Virus record (IMG/VR): IMGVR_UViG_3300028197_001695
Span: 32,001 to 96,000 of that record
Length of the DNA: 64,000 nucleotides
Source: a virus
Reading direction: 5' to 3' (one strand)
The notes under the pieces are model-generated. The model had not been told where the DNA came from and made no database searches. It was given only the letters and a program-made list of their open reading frames with translations. Positions 43,784 through 54,200 of this stretch are shown here, in pieces. The number at the start of each line of letters is the position of its first letter. Position 1 is the first letter of the stretch. The translations under genes and the position numbers were made by a program.

Positions 43784-44513
43784 TTTCTAAAGATTGATAA
43801 GGGCATTCTTGTTCATTAAAGTCATTCCAGATATATCGCATATCTTTGATATGCACAGTGATAAGATCTTCCTTCACATTAATTGACTTTTGATTTTTTT
43901 TCATTGTGTCATGATTAAAAGAATACATTGTTTCGGGGTTAACAATATATATTTTATCATTTTCTTTATTAGCCGCTTTCAGTTTTTTATTTAAACGATA
44001 ACACATGTGCGACAATGCTATGTCAGAATGGCTTTGAAAACTTCTATCTTCTTTCCATCCATTTTCTATTACAAATTTCTGGATCAATTTAAAAGTTTTA
44101 TTGTTCATTAAAATACCAGCCCCTCCGAATATACCGACACTATCTTTATAAAGCTGAGAGCAATATATTCTTAAATTATCTTCGGGTAATTTACTTATAA
44201 ATGAATTTAAATTCTCAGTGTGTATAAAAGTATCATCGTCACAAATTATGTGCCAATCAGCATCACACCAATCTTGCTTAAATACTGATTCTATTTTTTC
44301 GATACAAGAATGGTAGTCATCAAGATCACAAACCTTTATTACTGGAAGTTCGTCAATTAGTTCAAAGCCTCCAAGAAGATAGAAATTATCTCCACAGTCT
44401 TTAATCCTTTTTATGACTGTATTATACAATGGTTTAGTCCTCTTCTCGTGAAGAGGTTTGCATACCATAAAATAATAATTAATCACCTTCGACTTCTTCT
44501 GCATTTTCTTCAA
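43764..44513 (-). CDS. Fringe-like GT31 glycosyltransferase
   Basis: DWHIICDDDTFI..ENL, GGAGILM, SDIALS, LITVH. Confidence 0.75.
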   Translation of the reverse strand: MKKMQKKSKVINYYFMVCKPLHEKRTKPLYNTVIKRIKDCGDNFYLLGGFELIDELPVIKVCDLDDYHSCIEKIESVFKQDWCDADWHIICDDDTFIHTENLNSFISKLPEDNLRIYCSQLYKDSVGIFGGAGILMNNKTFKLIQKFVIENGWKEDRSFQSHSDIALSHMCYRLNKKLKAANKENDKIYIVNPETMYSFNHDTMKKNQKSINVKEDLITVHIKDMRYIWNDFNEQECPYQSLENAFCRS

Positions 44514-44823
44514 CAGGGGCCATTTCTAATATTCCTTCTTTATAGTATGATTCAATAGCTGGTATCGCATCAAATACAGATTGCATCGCAGCAGCTGCTT
44601 CTGGAACGTTAGCTATAATTTCCCAAAAGTCTAAGTCCAGTCGTTCTGAATTTTCAAGATTTGGGTCTTCATCAGAATCTGAATCAAATGCAGTAAGATT
44701 CAAGCTCATATAACCATCTGAGGCATTAGGAGCATTAACGATGAGTTCTGATAACCATGTATGCGGAAGAGATTTCTCTCCTTGCGCTGGTATCACTAAT
44801 GGGGTTTCTTTTTTAATTGGCAT
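44479..44823 (-). CDS. Hypothetical protein, possible fibre assembly factor
   Basis: 114 aa directly after the 1507-aa fibre gene; positional inference. Confidence 0.5.
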   Translation of the reverse strand: MPIKKETPLVIPAQGEKSLPHTWLSELIVNAPNASDGYMSLNLTAFDSDSDEDPNLENSERLDLDFWEIIANVPEAAAAMQSVFDAIPAIESYYKEGILEMAPVEENAEEVEGD

Positions 44824-44854
44824 ATCTTTATTTTTGTTTTATTGAAATTATTTA

Positions 44855-47800
44855 TTAACCTGCTCTCCAAGAATAACCGTCAGAGTATACTGGGACTACA
44901 TAACTACCATTTGTACTTACAACAGATCCGTGAGAAGTCGCTAAAGGATAGAAGCTGTAAGCAAACGCTCTTTGACCTGCTGGAGAAGCAGATGGGAGCT
45001 GGCTTGCGTTGTATACTGTCTGGTGAATAGTCCCGCTCACATCAAGAGCAGTACTTGGGCTAGTGACACCGATTCCTAATTTAGTGTTAGTGAAGTAGCT
45101 CTTGTCCTTTCCCACAACTAATACTTTATTTCCGCCAGCCGCAGTAGTGCTGCCGTAATTGAACATGGCAACAAGTTGATTAGTACTTGAGTTTGCAGAC
45201 TGAACATAAAGCACCGCATTGGCATTGCTGTTTCGAGTGAGTAAATTATAATCAGTATTGCTGGTGTCAGTTCTAAAGAAGTTAGCAGTAGCACTCCCTG
45301 TGACATCAATACCAGAAGTATTAACCCTAAATCTTTCTGATCCGTTTACTACCGATCTAAAGTAAGAGTTGTTTGACCATTGGACATAATCATTACTATC
45401 GTAACCAATGTAGCTAATACTATCTCTGAGGTCAGTCTCTAATTGGAATTGAGTCCCGCTAAGATCTAGACCTCTACCTGCTGAGTATGTTGTATTGGTA
45501 TCAGTATTTGTATCCGTCCAAGGGACATTGACATACATCTTTTCAGATGTAACTTCGACAGGGTAGTTCTTACCACTTTCACTATACCCAATCTTGAAAC
45601 CACCTCTAGTAGAAGAAGATCCAGCAGGTAGCGAATAGTTGTTCGCACCACTGGCAACATTAATAAATGATCTCACCGCTGCGGCAGTTCCGTGGCGAAT
45701 ATAACCATCGTTACCCGTTTCAACACAAATTTGAGTAACACCACTGGAAACAGTGTTCGGTGTAGTGTTAAAGTAGTTAGCAAAAATATAACCAGAACTG
45801 TGTCGTTTAACGATGGTGTTATTACTAGCACTAGAAGAAATAGTATCTGTTATACTAAATGTAGTCCCTGATAATGATAATCCAGTTCCAGCCGAATAGG
45901 TTGTATTGGTATCGGTGTTAGTATCTACCCAAGGTACGTTAACAAACATCTTCTCAGAAGAATCAAGTTCAACAGGATAATTCTTACCGCTTTCGGCAAA
46001 CCCAATCTTAACTCCACCCCGTGTCGAACTAGAAGAAAGTGGTAGTGAATAAGCAGAAGGAATCGTAGGTTTATTAGTTAGATTATTATAACTAATATTG
46101 ATGTTTGATGAACCATCAAAACTCGTTCCAGCAATCGTTCTCCCGGTTGCTAATTGTGTTGCTGTAGATGCGTTTCCTGTTAAAGCTCCCGTCACATTCC
46201 CATGAAATCTCCCATCATTAGCAATATAAGATACATCACTTGAATTTCTTCTAAACTGTACAATTCTATTTGATGATGAATCAGAAACTATATACCATCT
46301 GTTTGAGTGGTATTGTATTTTACCAGCACCTCCCGGATTACCTGTCCAGTTTGAAGAGGCTGAAGATAAAATCGAAGAGTTGGTTATGTTAATTGCTCCC
46401 TGACCAAAAGTAAAGTTGATAGCACCTGAAACAGTATCATTCGCATTGCTCCTTAAGAATGATGATGAATCAATGCCATCAAGTAGATTAGAATCTGCTG
46501 CTTTACCTGATGTTGTTAAGTAACCAGCACCGTTGGTGAGTTGGTTGTTATTGGTTATGTAGTTAGCATTTGTAGCTCCAGTGTAACCAAGATTAGCGAG
46601 TGTGAGTGTGCGCGTAGAGTGTGATTGGATCACACCATCTGTCATATTCAACTGATCTACAACCGTAGCACCAGACGTATTGATGTCAGAATCGGTTCCG
46701 ATGATCGTGTTACCGCTTGAAGTAACATAACCAGCACCGTTGGAAAGCTGGTTGTTGTTGGTAGGAATCGTGGGCTTATTAGTTAGGTTATTGTAACTAA
46801 TATTAATGTTAGCCGATCCATTGAAACTCGTTCCAGCAATCGTCCTTGCAGTCGTAAGTGTGTCCGCATTTGGATGGTAGTTGTCATTGAACATCCGATA
46901 CTGGGTCTGAAGTCCATCACCGTATATTTTTCCAGTAGTGGCAATCCCCCCATTCTCAATATTATCAAGATCTATCTTGCCCTGCTCACTAGCTCCAGAC
47001 CAGTTACTTATCAGACTCGGAGCAGAAGAGTCTGCTAACCAGTCTACTAATTCCCACCCGCTGTTTTGTGCGTTACCCCCTACAATAGCGACATTGACTC
47101 CATTCGTGCTACTATCAATATAAACTTGGATAGCTGCCCCATCATAAGTGCCGTTTTCTTTAATCCTTACATACCTAAATACATGTGTGCCATAACTTGA
47201 ATTACCAAGAACTGTTATGCTGTTTGAATCATTCTGTCCGTAGTGATGTGCTGCATTAAAAATTACCGATTGATGTCTACTACTTGCGGTATCCCAAATT
47301 TGAAATTCTCCAAAAGCCCTATCCCCAGTGTTTTGAGCAATGGTATACCAACCAACAGGCAAGTTCCCTGCTGATTGAGCGTTGATATAACCTCTCTTAA
47401 AGAAGGTCTGCACTTCACTCTCCGTATAGTAACGACTATCTAAATTAGTGCTGCCGAGCGAAGTGATATGCCCATAAGTATCAAGAGTAACATCTTGAAT
47501 TACCGTACCACTACTATTGTTTACCGATCCTTGGGATGAAGTATCATTGTGAGTAAATGTAGTTCCTGATAAAAATAAACCAGCTCCAGCAGAGTAAGTT
47601 GTGTTCGTAGTAACATAACCAGCACCGTTGGTAAGCTGGTTGTTATTGGTAATGTAGTTAGCATTTGTAGCTCCGGTGTAACCAAGATTCGCAAGAGTTA
47701 AGTTACGAGTAGAGTGTGATGTTATCACACCGTCTGTCATCACTAACTGGTCTAAAACCGCTGCACCAGATGTGTTAATATCAGAATCGGTTCCGATAAT

Positions 47801-49378
47801 GGTATTACCACTTGAGGTTACATAACCAGCAGAAGCGTGGTTACCCCAACCAAAAGCGGTCTCCGCAGAAGTCCCTTGGTTTGCCGTAGCGAAAGCTGAA
47901 GCGTGATTACCATCAAGTAGATCAGCATCTAAACCTGTGCCAGTGCCATCAACAGTTTTAATTGCTGTTAGTATTTCAGCGGCTGTCTGGTCGTTGGTGT
48001 AACCGTTAGGGTTGCTCGCAGCGTAGGCTCCAATGTCACTAAGAACTTGAGAACCAGTTCTATATTTAATCACCCCAGAGTCTGATACTAAAAACTTGTC
48101 TAGGTCGCTTGTTGCGTTAGAAATTGTATTCAATGTAAGTCCTGTAGACTGTAAAGTAGCAGCTAAATTCGCATTTACTGAACCTGCGTAAAACTTGATT
48201 GAGTTTCTCCCATAGATACTCATTCTGTCGTTATCACCAAAACTATCCCAATTACCTTCAGTTATACCAAGTGGAGCAGAAGTAGTAGTATCTCCAAAGT
48301 GTAATTCACCTCCTTGACACATTCTAATTCTTTTTATAGCACCTGTGCTATATGTTCCTATTTCTGTTGTATTAGAACTGTTTCCAGCAATATTGCCATT
48401 GACTTTGAATGTTCCTGCTATCTCTAAGTTACCAGTTGTAGCATTCAAAGACATTTTTGATGTGGCAGTTGCTCCACCACCGCCAGAGCCACCAGTTTCC
48501 CAGTTCCAACCATAAGTTGCTACACCTTCCATCCTTGAACGCAATGCCCAACTTGTGACTCCAGCTAATCCCGTTGGGGCTGTTAAGTTCCCATTTGGTC
48601 CGCAACCTGTGACCCCTGCCGCAGCCATGTAATCTTGCCAGTTGTAGTATGATTCATTATACCAAGTGATTCCAGTTCTTGCCGTTGATGCCCTCAATAA
48701 AGACAATCCAAAGGCTTTAATCGAAGCCGTGCCATCTCTTTTTACAATACTATTATCTACAGCACCTTCTTCTGCGTTGTAGCCATCAAGTAGATTAGAA
48801 TCTGCTGCTTTTTCTGATGAACCCAACTTACCATTTAATGCAGACTGCAAACCATCAACATTAGAGATAACGTGATTATGTGAATCGTCAGCAACCGTAA
48901 CTGAAATTGATGTTGTTCCTGATCCACTTACATCACCGCTTAATGTGATAGTTTGGTTCCCAGTTAAAAATGAAGTGCTATTAAATGCATTTGAACCAAG
49001 CTCTCTTGTACCAACAACATTGCTTCCATTAACAACCAGCGCAGTAGCTTCTGAACTTTGATTGGATAAACCAGTTAATGTTAAATTAGGAGCAGAGAAT
49101 CTCTGGTTAGATGTCCAAGAATCTGTCGAGTTGATCCAGTTAATCGTCTTATCACTGGCTCCTTTCAAGGTAATACCACCACCATCTGCCGTGCTATCAC
49201 TAGGAGATGATACATCACCAATGATTATATTCTTATCCTCAACTAATAGGTTAGCTGTATCAATAGTCGTAGTAGTACCATTGATATTCAGGTTGCCTCC
49301 TATAGTAACATCTCCATTACTTTCGTAAGTATTAGAGGTGTGTGTTAGTTGTCTTTTTGATGAAGTTACTGTTGCCAT
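44855..49378 (-). CDS. Long tail fibre
   Basis: 1507 aa, Gly/Ser/Thr/Asn-rich; ADSNLLDG repeats, duplicated modules, C-terminal VPVYSDG..W tip motif. Confidence 0.85.
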   Translation of the reverse strand: MATVTSSKRQLTHTSNTYESNGDVTIGGNLNINGTTTTIDTANLLVEDKNIIIGDVSSPSDSTADGGGITLKGASDKTINWINSTDSWTSNQRFSAPNLTLTGLSNQSSEATALVVNGSNVVGTRELGSNAFNSTSFLTGNQTITLSGDVSGSGTTSISVTVADDSHNHVISNVDGLQSALNGKLGSSEKAADSNLLDGYNAEEGAVDNSIVKRDGTASIKAFGLSLLRASTARTGITWYNESYYNWQDYMAAAGVTGCGPNGNLTAPTGLAGVTSWALRSRMEGVATYGWNWETGGSGGGGATATSKMSLNATTGNLEIAGTFKVNGNIAGNSSNTTEIGTYSTGAIKRIRMCQGGELHFGDTTTSAPLGITEGNWDSFGDNDRMSIYGRNSIKFYAGSVNANLAATLQSTGLTLNTISNATSDLDKFLVSDSGVIKYRTGSQVLSDIGAYAASNPNGYTNDQTAAEILTAIKTVDGTGTGLDADLLDGNHASAFATANQGTSAETAFGWGNHASAGYVTSSGNTIIGTDSDINTSGAAVLDQLVMTDGVITSHSTRNLTLANLGYTGATNANYITNNNQLTNGAGYVTTNTTYSAGAGLFLSGTTFTHNDTSSQGSVNNSSGTVIQDVTLDTYGHITSLGSTNLDSRYYTESEVQTFFKRGYINAQSAGNLPVGWYTIAQNTGDRAFGEFQIWDTASSRHQSVIFNAAHHYGQNDSNSITVLGNSSYGTHVFRYVRIKENGTYDGAAIQVYIDSSTNGVNVAIVGGNAQNSGWELVDWLADSSAPSLISNWSGASEQGKIDLDNIENGGIATTGKIYGDGLQTQYRMFNDNYHPNADTLTTARTIAGTSFNGSANINISYNNLTNKPTIPTNNNQLSNGAGYVTSSGNTIIGTDSDINTSGATVVDQLNMTDGVIQSHSTRTLTLANLGYTGATNANYITNNNQLTNGAGYLTTSGKAADSNLLDGIDSSSFLRSNANDTVSGAINFTFGQGAINITNSSILSSASSNWTGNPGGAGKIQYHSNRWYIVSDSSSNRIVQFRRNSSDVSYIANDGRFHGNVTGALTGNASTATQLATGRTIAGTSFDGSSNINISYNNLTNKPTIPSAYSLPLSSSSTRGGVKIGFAESGKNYPVELDSSEKMFVNVPWVDTNTDTNTTYSAGTGLSLSGTTFSITDTISSSASNNTIVKRHSSGYIFANYFNTTPNTVSSGVTQICVETGNDGYIRHGTAAAVRSFINVASGANNYSLPAGSSSTRGGFKIGYSESGKNYPVEVTSEKMYVNVPWTDTNTDTNTTYSAGRGLDLSGTQFQLETDLRDSISYIGYDSNDYVQWSNNSYFRSVVNGSERFRVNTSGIDVTGSATANFFRTDTSNTDYNLLTRNSNANAVLYVQSANSSTNQLVAMFNYGSTTAAGGNKVLVVGKDKSYFTNTKLGIGVTSPSTALDVSGTIHQTVYNASQLPSASPAGQRAFAYSFYPLATSHGSVVSTNGSYVVPVYSDGYSWRAG

Positions 49379-49382
49379 GATA

Positions 49383-51131
49383 TTAGTGTCTTAGCCTTTT
49401 TCTATTTATCTTAAATTTAATGTTGGAGTCTTTTGCTACTGCGTGGAGTGAACCATAAAAAATCTTAAGAGGACCATCTCCTCCATTACCACTATAATAA
49501 GGTACTTTGTCTGGTTGTCCATTAGCAGAAAATTTAACCCTTAATTGTGTCCCGCTTGTAGAGAAGACGTGAGTGTCGGTAGAATCTTTATCGTATGTTT
49601 CCCAAGTGCTTCCATTATTATTAGATACATATATTGTTAATGTTGTTGAACTAGGGATACCAAAACTAATTCCTTGTGGCAACGAAACGTGATCAATATT
49701 AGCACTGTTCGCCAAAGTGAATGTTCCAAATACAACTTCCCAACTTCCTTTTAATTCAAATGGCTTTGCGCTTTCAGGCCATATGTGAAATTGGTGACCA
49801 TCTGCTCCCCCGTAACCCATTTTAACCCAATGCTTAGTTCCATTAGCGGATTCCATTAGAACAGCTGGACAACCATAGTCTATGTATAATGATCGACCTC
49901 TCCCGTTAGATGTATCTTCTGTGACTGAAGAATAATCATCAATAGCTACAGGAACATTATTATCCGTGTCGATCCAACCGCCAACATCACACCTACCTCT
50001 ATCTGGATGTATCGAAACAAAATTAGGATATGATGGAATCTTATCCATAGGAACGCCACTTGTTTTTTGATACTTTGTGCCTAATCGATTTAAAGGGTTT
50101 GTTGAAAAATAAGTAATTGAGGGGATATTCGCATGGATCGTAGGAGCAGAACCAGTAAAACATGGAGTAATGTCAATATCATTAAACCTATTGCTGTGAC
50201 CTATCCACATTCTATTCGGCGCATTAGCAGGATCTGGTATATACATACCCATATCATGCGACCCAGTTCCTTGACCAGCATCACCCAAATCGCACCACAG
50301 TAATTCTGGCGAAGATGTACTAGCATCAAGCACCACAATAAAACTCCCGTTATAATAAGCAAAATAGTACACTCTATCGTTCACTTCATCGTAACATAGT
50401 GTGTACCTATAACCATCACGATCAATATTTGCACTACCACTATATAAATCAGCAGTGCCAGAACTATTCCCCAAAACTTCTTCAACCCCAGTATTAAGAT
50501 TACGACGAAGTGCTCTTCTGTAATGACGAGCGTCATACTCTCCTACATAAATCCACTCACCTGCTGCTACCAACCCACTGGTGTAGTATAACCCAGAACT
50601 AGAAATATTTAAATCGCTGCTTCCTGCACCGCCAATAAATCTTTGAGGGTTAGAGTGCGTTGGTCTTGCATCTTTAACGAATGTAGTCCCACCATTAGTG
50701 CATCCACTATAATCAAATGTAGTATATCCGTCCACATTATATGTCATCACTACACCCAACTTATTTGTGGTATCAATCGCGACACTTTGAAGATGGTTGT
50801 ATGTGCTACTAGAATCTCTGTATAAAAAATTAGCATCATAAAATAAACGTGTCATTGACCCATCATTATTCAAACGCCTTACTGCAAATCCATCACCCCA
50901 ACCAACAGTAAATAAAAGATCCCCATCAATTTCGTATCCATTAGGAAATCCGATAACTCTATCTCCTCCATCGTAATCACCCGACCCACTACGCACAGTA
51001 GCATTTGATATACCTCCTTTATATTGAGGAAATATAGCAAAGTTTCCGTTACTACCAGAGTCAGTAATGATAGCTCCGCTATGAGATATAATATTAGATC
51101 TCGTAATATTACCTTTTGTCAGTTTACTCAT
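49383..51131 (-). CDS. Putative receptor-binding/beta-propeller virion protein
   Basis: 582 aa between fibre genes, aromatic beta-rich. Confidence 0.5.
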   Translation of the reverse strand: MSKLTKGNITRSNIISHSGAIITDSGSNGNFAIFPQYKGGISNATVRSGSGDYDGGDRVIGFPNGYEIDGDLLFTVGWGDGFAVRRLNNDGSMTRLFYDANFLYRDSSSTYNHLQSVAIDTTNKLGVVMTYNVDGYTTFDYSGCTNGGTTFVKDARPTHSNPQRFIGGAGSSDLNISSSGLYYTSGLVAAGEWIYVGEYDARHYRRALRRNLNTGVEEVLGNSSGTADLYSGSANIDRDGYRYTLCYDEVNDRVYYFAYYNGSFIVVLDASTSSPELLWCDLGDAGQGTGSHDMGMYIPDPANAPNRMWIGHSNRFNDIDITPCFTGSAPTIHANIPSITYFSTNPLNRLGTKYQKTSGVPMDKIPSYPNFVSIHPDRGRCDVGGWIDTDNNVPVAIDDYSSVTEDTSNGRGRSLYIDYGCPAVLMESANGTKHWVKMGYGGADGHQFHIWPESAKPFELKGSWEVVFGTFTLANSANIDHVSLPQGISFGIPSSTTLTIYVSNNNGSTWETYDKDSTDTHVFSTSGTQLRVKFSANGQPDKVPYYSGNGGDGPLKIFYGSLHAVAKDSNIKFKINRKRLRH

Positions 51132-51282
51132 CAGTCAATTCTTCCACTTTTTGTTCGGCTATTTCTTTAGCTTTTGTTAATAGACGAATAAGTACGTCGT
51201 CTTCATCTCTCTCAATTTCTAGATTTAAATCTTCTATTCTTTGATCTAAGACCCACTGCCAGTATTCCAAATCGTCTTCCAT
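51124..51282 (-). CDS. 52-aa acidic helical protein (not in ORF track)
   Basis: Fills the gap between fibre genes: MEDDLEYWQWVLDQRIEDLNLEIERDEDDVLIRLLTKAKEIAEQKVEELTDE. Confidence 0.6.
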   Translation of the reverse strand: MEDDLEYWQWVLDQRIEDLNLEIERDEDDVLIRLLTKAKEIAEQKVEELTDE

Positions 51283-51283
51283 C

Positions 51284-54200
51284 TTATGCTATAGTTGTTT
51301 CTACCCAAAATTGGTGGAAGTTGCTATTATTAGTTCCGCTAATCTGATACATATAGTTTGTATTCATTCCAGAATAAATTAAAGATGCTGAACTCCTACT
51401 TAAGCTGCCTTGTGTTGCATGCTCGTGTTTATAAACATTATATGCTGTAACAAATCTTGCATTAGCACTTGGTGGATTCCATTGTACATAGTATGCATTG
51501 TTAAGGTTTACTACACTCATTGTCGTAGGTTCAGCAGAAGAAACTGCATAAGCAATACTCGCTGTAGTAGCACTTGATAGAATACCATATTTCATTGCAT
51601 ATACACGATATGCTTGTGTACCTGTTTCATCAAATGCATTATCAATAATGCTCATTGAAGCAGCAAAGTCATCAGGTGGTACAATAGAAATCAAACCATA
51701 ATCACTTCCATCAATTGAACTATAAACAAGATAAGCATCAATATTTGAAGTAGTAGATGCTGCAAACGTAACCTCTACTGTATTCCCGACAATCGCTGCT
51801 GATGCGCTTGCTGGTGCGTTAGGTGCAGAGATGCCAAGATTCGCCGCAGTTAGTGTCCTTGTAGCAACTGTGCCATTAGCATCTGTAACATGACCCAAAC
51901 TGTTAGTTGTAACATTGAAATCAAGATCAGAGATAACCGTTGCTCCTGTAAGCGCACCAGTATCAATATTAATATCATCGCCAGCATGTGTTGGGTGAGT
52001 ATAAACTGTATTCGTATCTGTTGGAGTAGCCCAAGTAAATGTACCATCACCATCACTTCGCAAGAACTGAGATGTGCTTCCATTCCCACTAACACTAAGT
52101 TCACTTGCTCTAACGGCGTTAGCTGCAATCTCACTGGCTCCAACTGCGTCAGTCGCAATTTCACTTGATCCAACTGAATTAGCTGCGAGAGCTGTTGCGA
52201 TACTAACATTGGCAGAACCGTTAAAGTTAACGTTCCCCGTAACATCTCCAGATAATGCGATGTTTCTTGTGGTAGTAAGTATATCCGCATTCGGGTGATA
52301 ACCATCATGGAAAATTGAATAACCATCTATTTGATGAGATGGGTTTGATGAAAAACCGGAAACACTTGAGACAGAAGCAGGAGCGATCATTTGCATCGCA
52401 TTAGTCGTATCACTAGTAGCTAATCGTCCTGTAAAGTAATGCCCAGATGTTTCGTAATACGCATCTGGGTTTGTGATTTTTAATGCGATGAAAGAATTTG
52501 AACTGTAGGTAAGAGTAACTAACTCATAACTAGGAGAACTACCTCCTGCTGTACCAATTGAACGACAAGTTCCTGCGGGGTTTGTTCCAGTACCTGCTGA
52601 AACAACTATATCTACTGAGCAAGCGTGTCTTAATCCGCTTGTCCTGTCCATAGTGACAGTACCATTGACATCATTATATGGTGCATTTCGGCATAACAAT
52701 AAGTATGCAGTAGTAGAATTACTAACGCCTTCATCAACTGTAACGTCAAACCTCTTAAATACAACATGGTCCTGCTGCAATGCAATATGAGAGCTTGCAC
52801 CAGAGAAGGTTAATGTCCCAGCCATTGTATCATTAGCATCACTTCTTAAGAATTGTGTGCTATCATAACCATCTAACGTACCAGCATTACCTCCATTAGC
52901 AGATGTAATATACCCTTGAGATTTAACATAAGCGGTTGTCGCTATCTTAGTGCTGTTTTCGTTAGAACTCTGTGTGGTTGCTGTAGGATTTCCTGTGAGA
53001 GCAGCGTTCGTAAACATCGTAGCCTTGCTCTCGTTTGTAACACTACCTAGGCCAACGTGAGCTTTAGTCACACCACCAACGGTCCCCGTAAATGTAGGAC
53101 TAGTGAACATCGTAGCCTTACTCTCATTAGTGACATTGCCTAAACCAACATCACCTTTTACTAAACTTACGACACCGCTCTTACCCGCCACTGAAGTGAC
53201 TAAATTGGTATCATCAAGAAGATCTCCAAGATCTAATGTAAACGTAGTCGAATCGTCCCTTGTAAATGTAACAATGCCATTACCACTATTTAAAGAACCA
53301 GAAGCTATAGATCTAGAATCTTCATCTAAGTAAGCCGCTAAAGAAATACTATTGGCTGTACCACTTTCATTTGTATAAACCAAAGAGCCAGAAGTTAATG
53401 CTAAACTCGTTACTGTTTCTGAACTTACGTAAGTGGTACTATCTACACTACCATCAGCTTTGAGAAATTGTGATGAAGTCCCTCCTGATTTTATAAGTGA
53501 TGTCGCAGTAACTGAACCTGCAAAGGTTGCGTTTTGTGAAGTGTCTAGATGTAATGCTCTAACACCACCTGACCACAAGTTTGTGTCTTGAGTATTGTAT
53601 ATATTAAATGATTGAGCTGCCCCACCTGTTTGCGTTCTAGTCGAGCTATTCCTCCATATTTCTGCATTACCTGTGTCATTAACCCATTTTCTAGAAACAT
53701 AAGCGGCACTTCCTGCGTTAGAGTTTGTTTGAGTATTAAAACCTCCACTGTTAACGTTAGTATCAAAAGTAGCAGCACCGTTTATATCTAAACTAGTAGC
53801 AGTAACTGAACCTGCAAAAGTTGCATTACCAGAACTGTTTATAGTTAATCTATCAGCTCCATTTGTACCTAGTAAAATTGATTGATTTGATGGTTTTATT
53901 TTTATCCAACTATAATTACCCGCTCCCGATGCTCTAGCTTGGAATCTCATGTCTGATAACACATCTGTGATACCAACTCTTTCCATGTAAAAACCATTAC
54001 TATCATCGTTTGAATAAATAAAACTATTTCCAGTTGTAGCCCATTTAAAACTTCCATTAACCGTTACATCACCTGCAAAAGTTGATGCTCCTGTTCCTGA
54101 GCATTGTATAACTCCTCCAACAGAGACTATCCCCGTGTTGGGGTTTAATGCGAGATTCGTTCCAGAAGGGGTCAATATTTGACCTCCACCAACAGTTACA

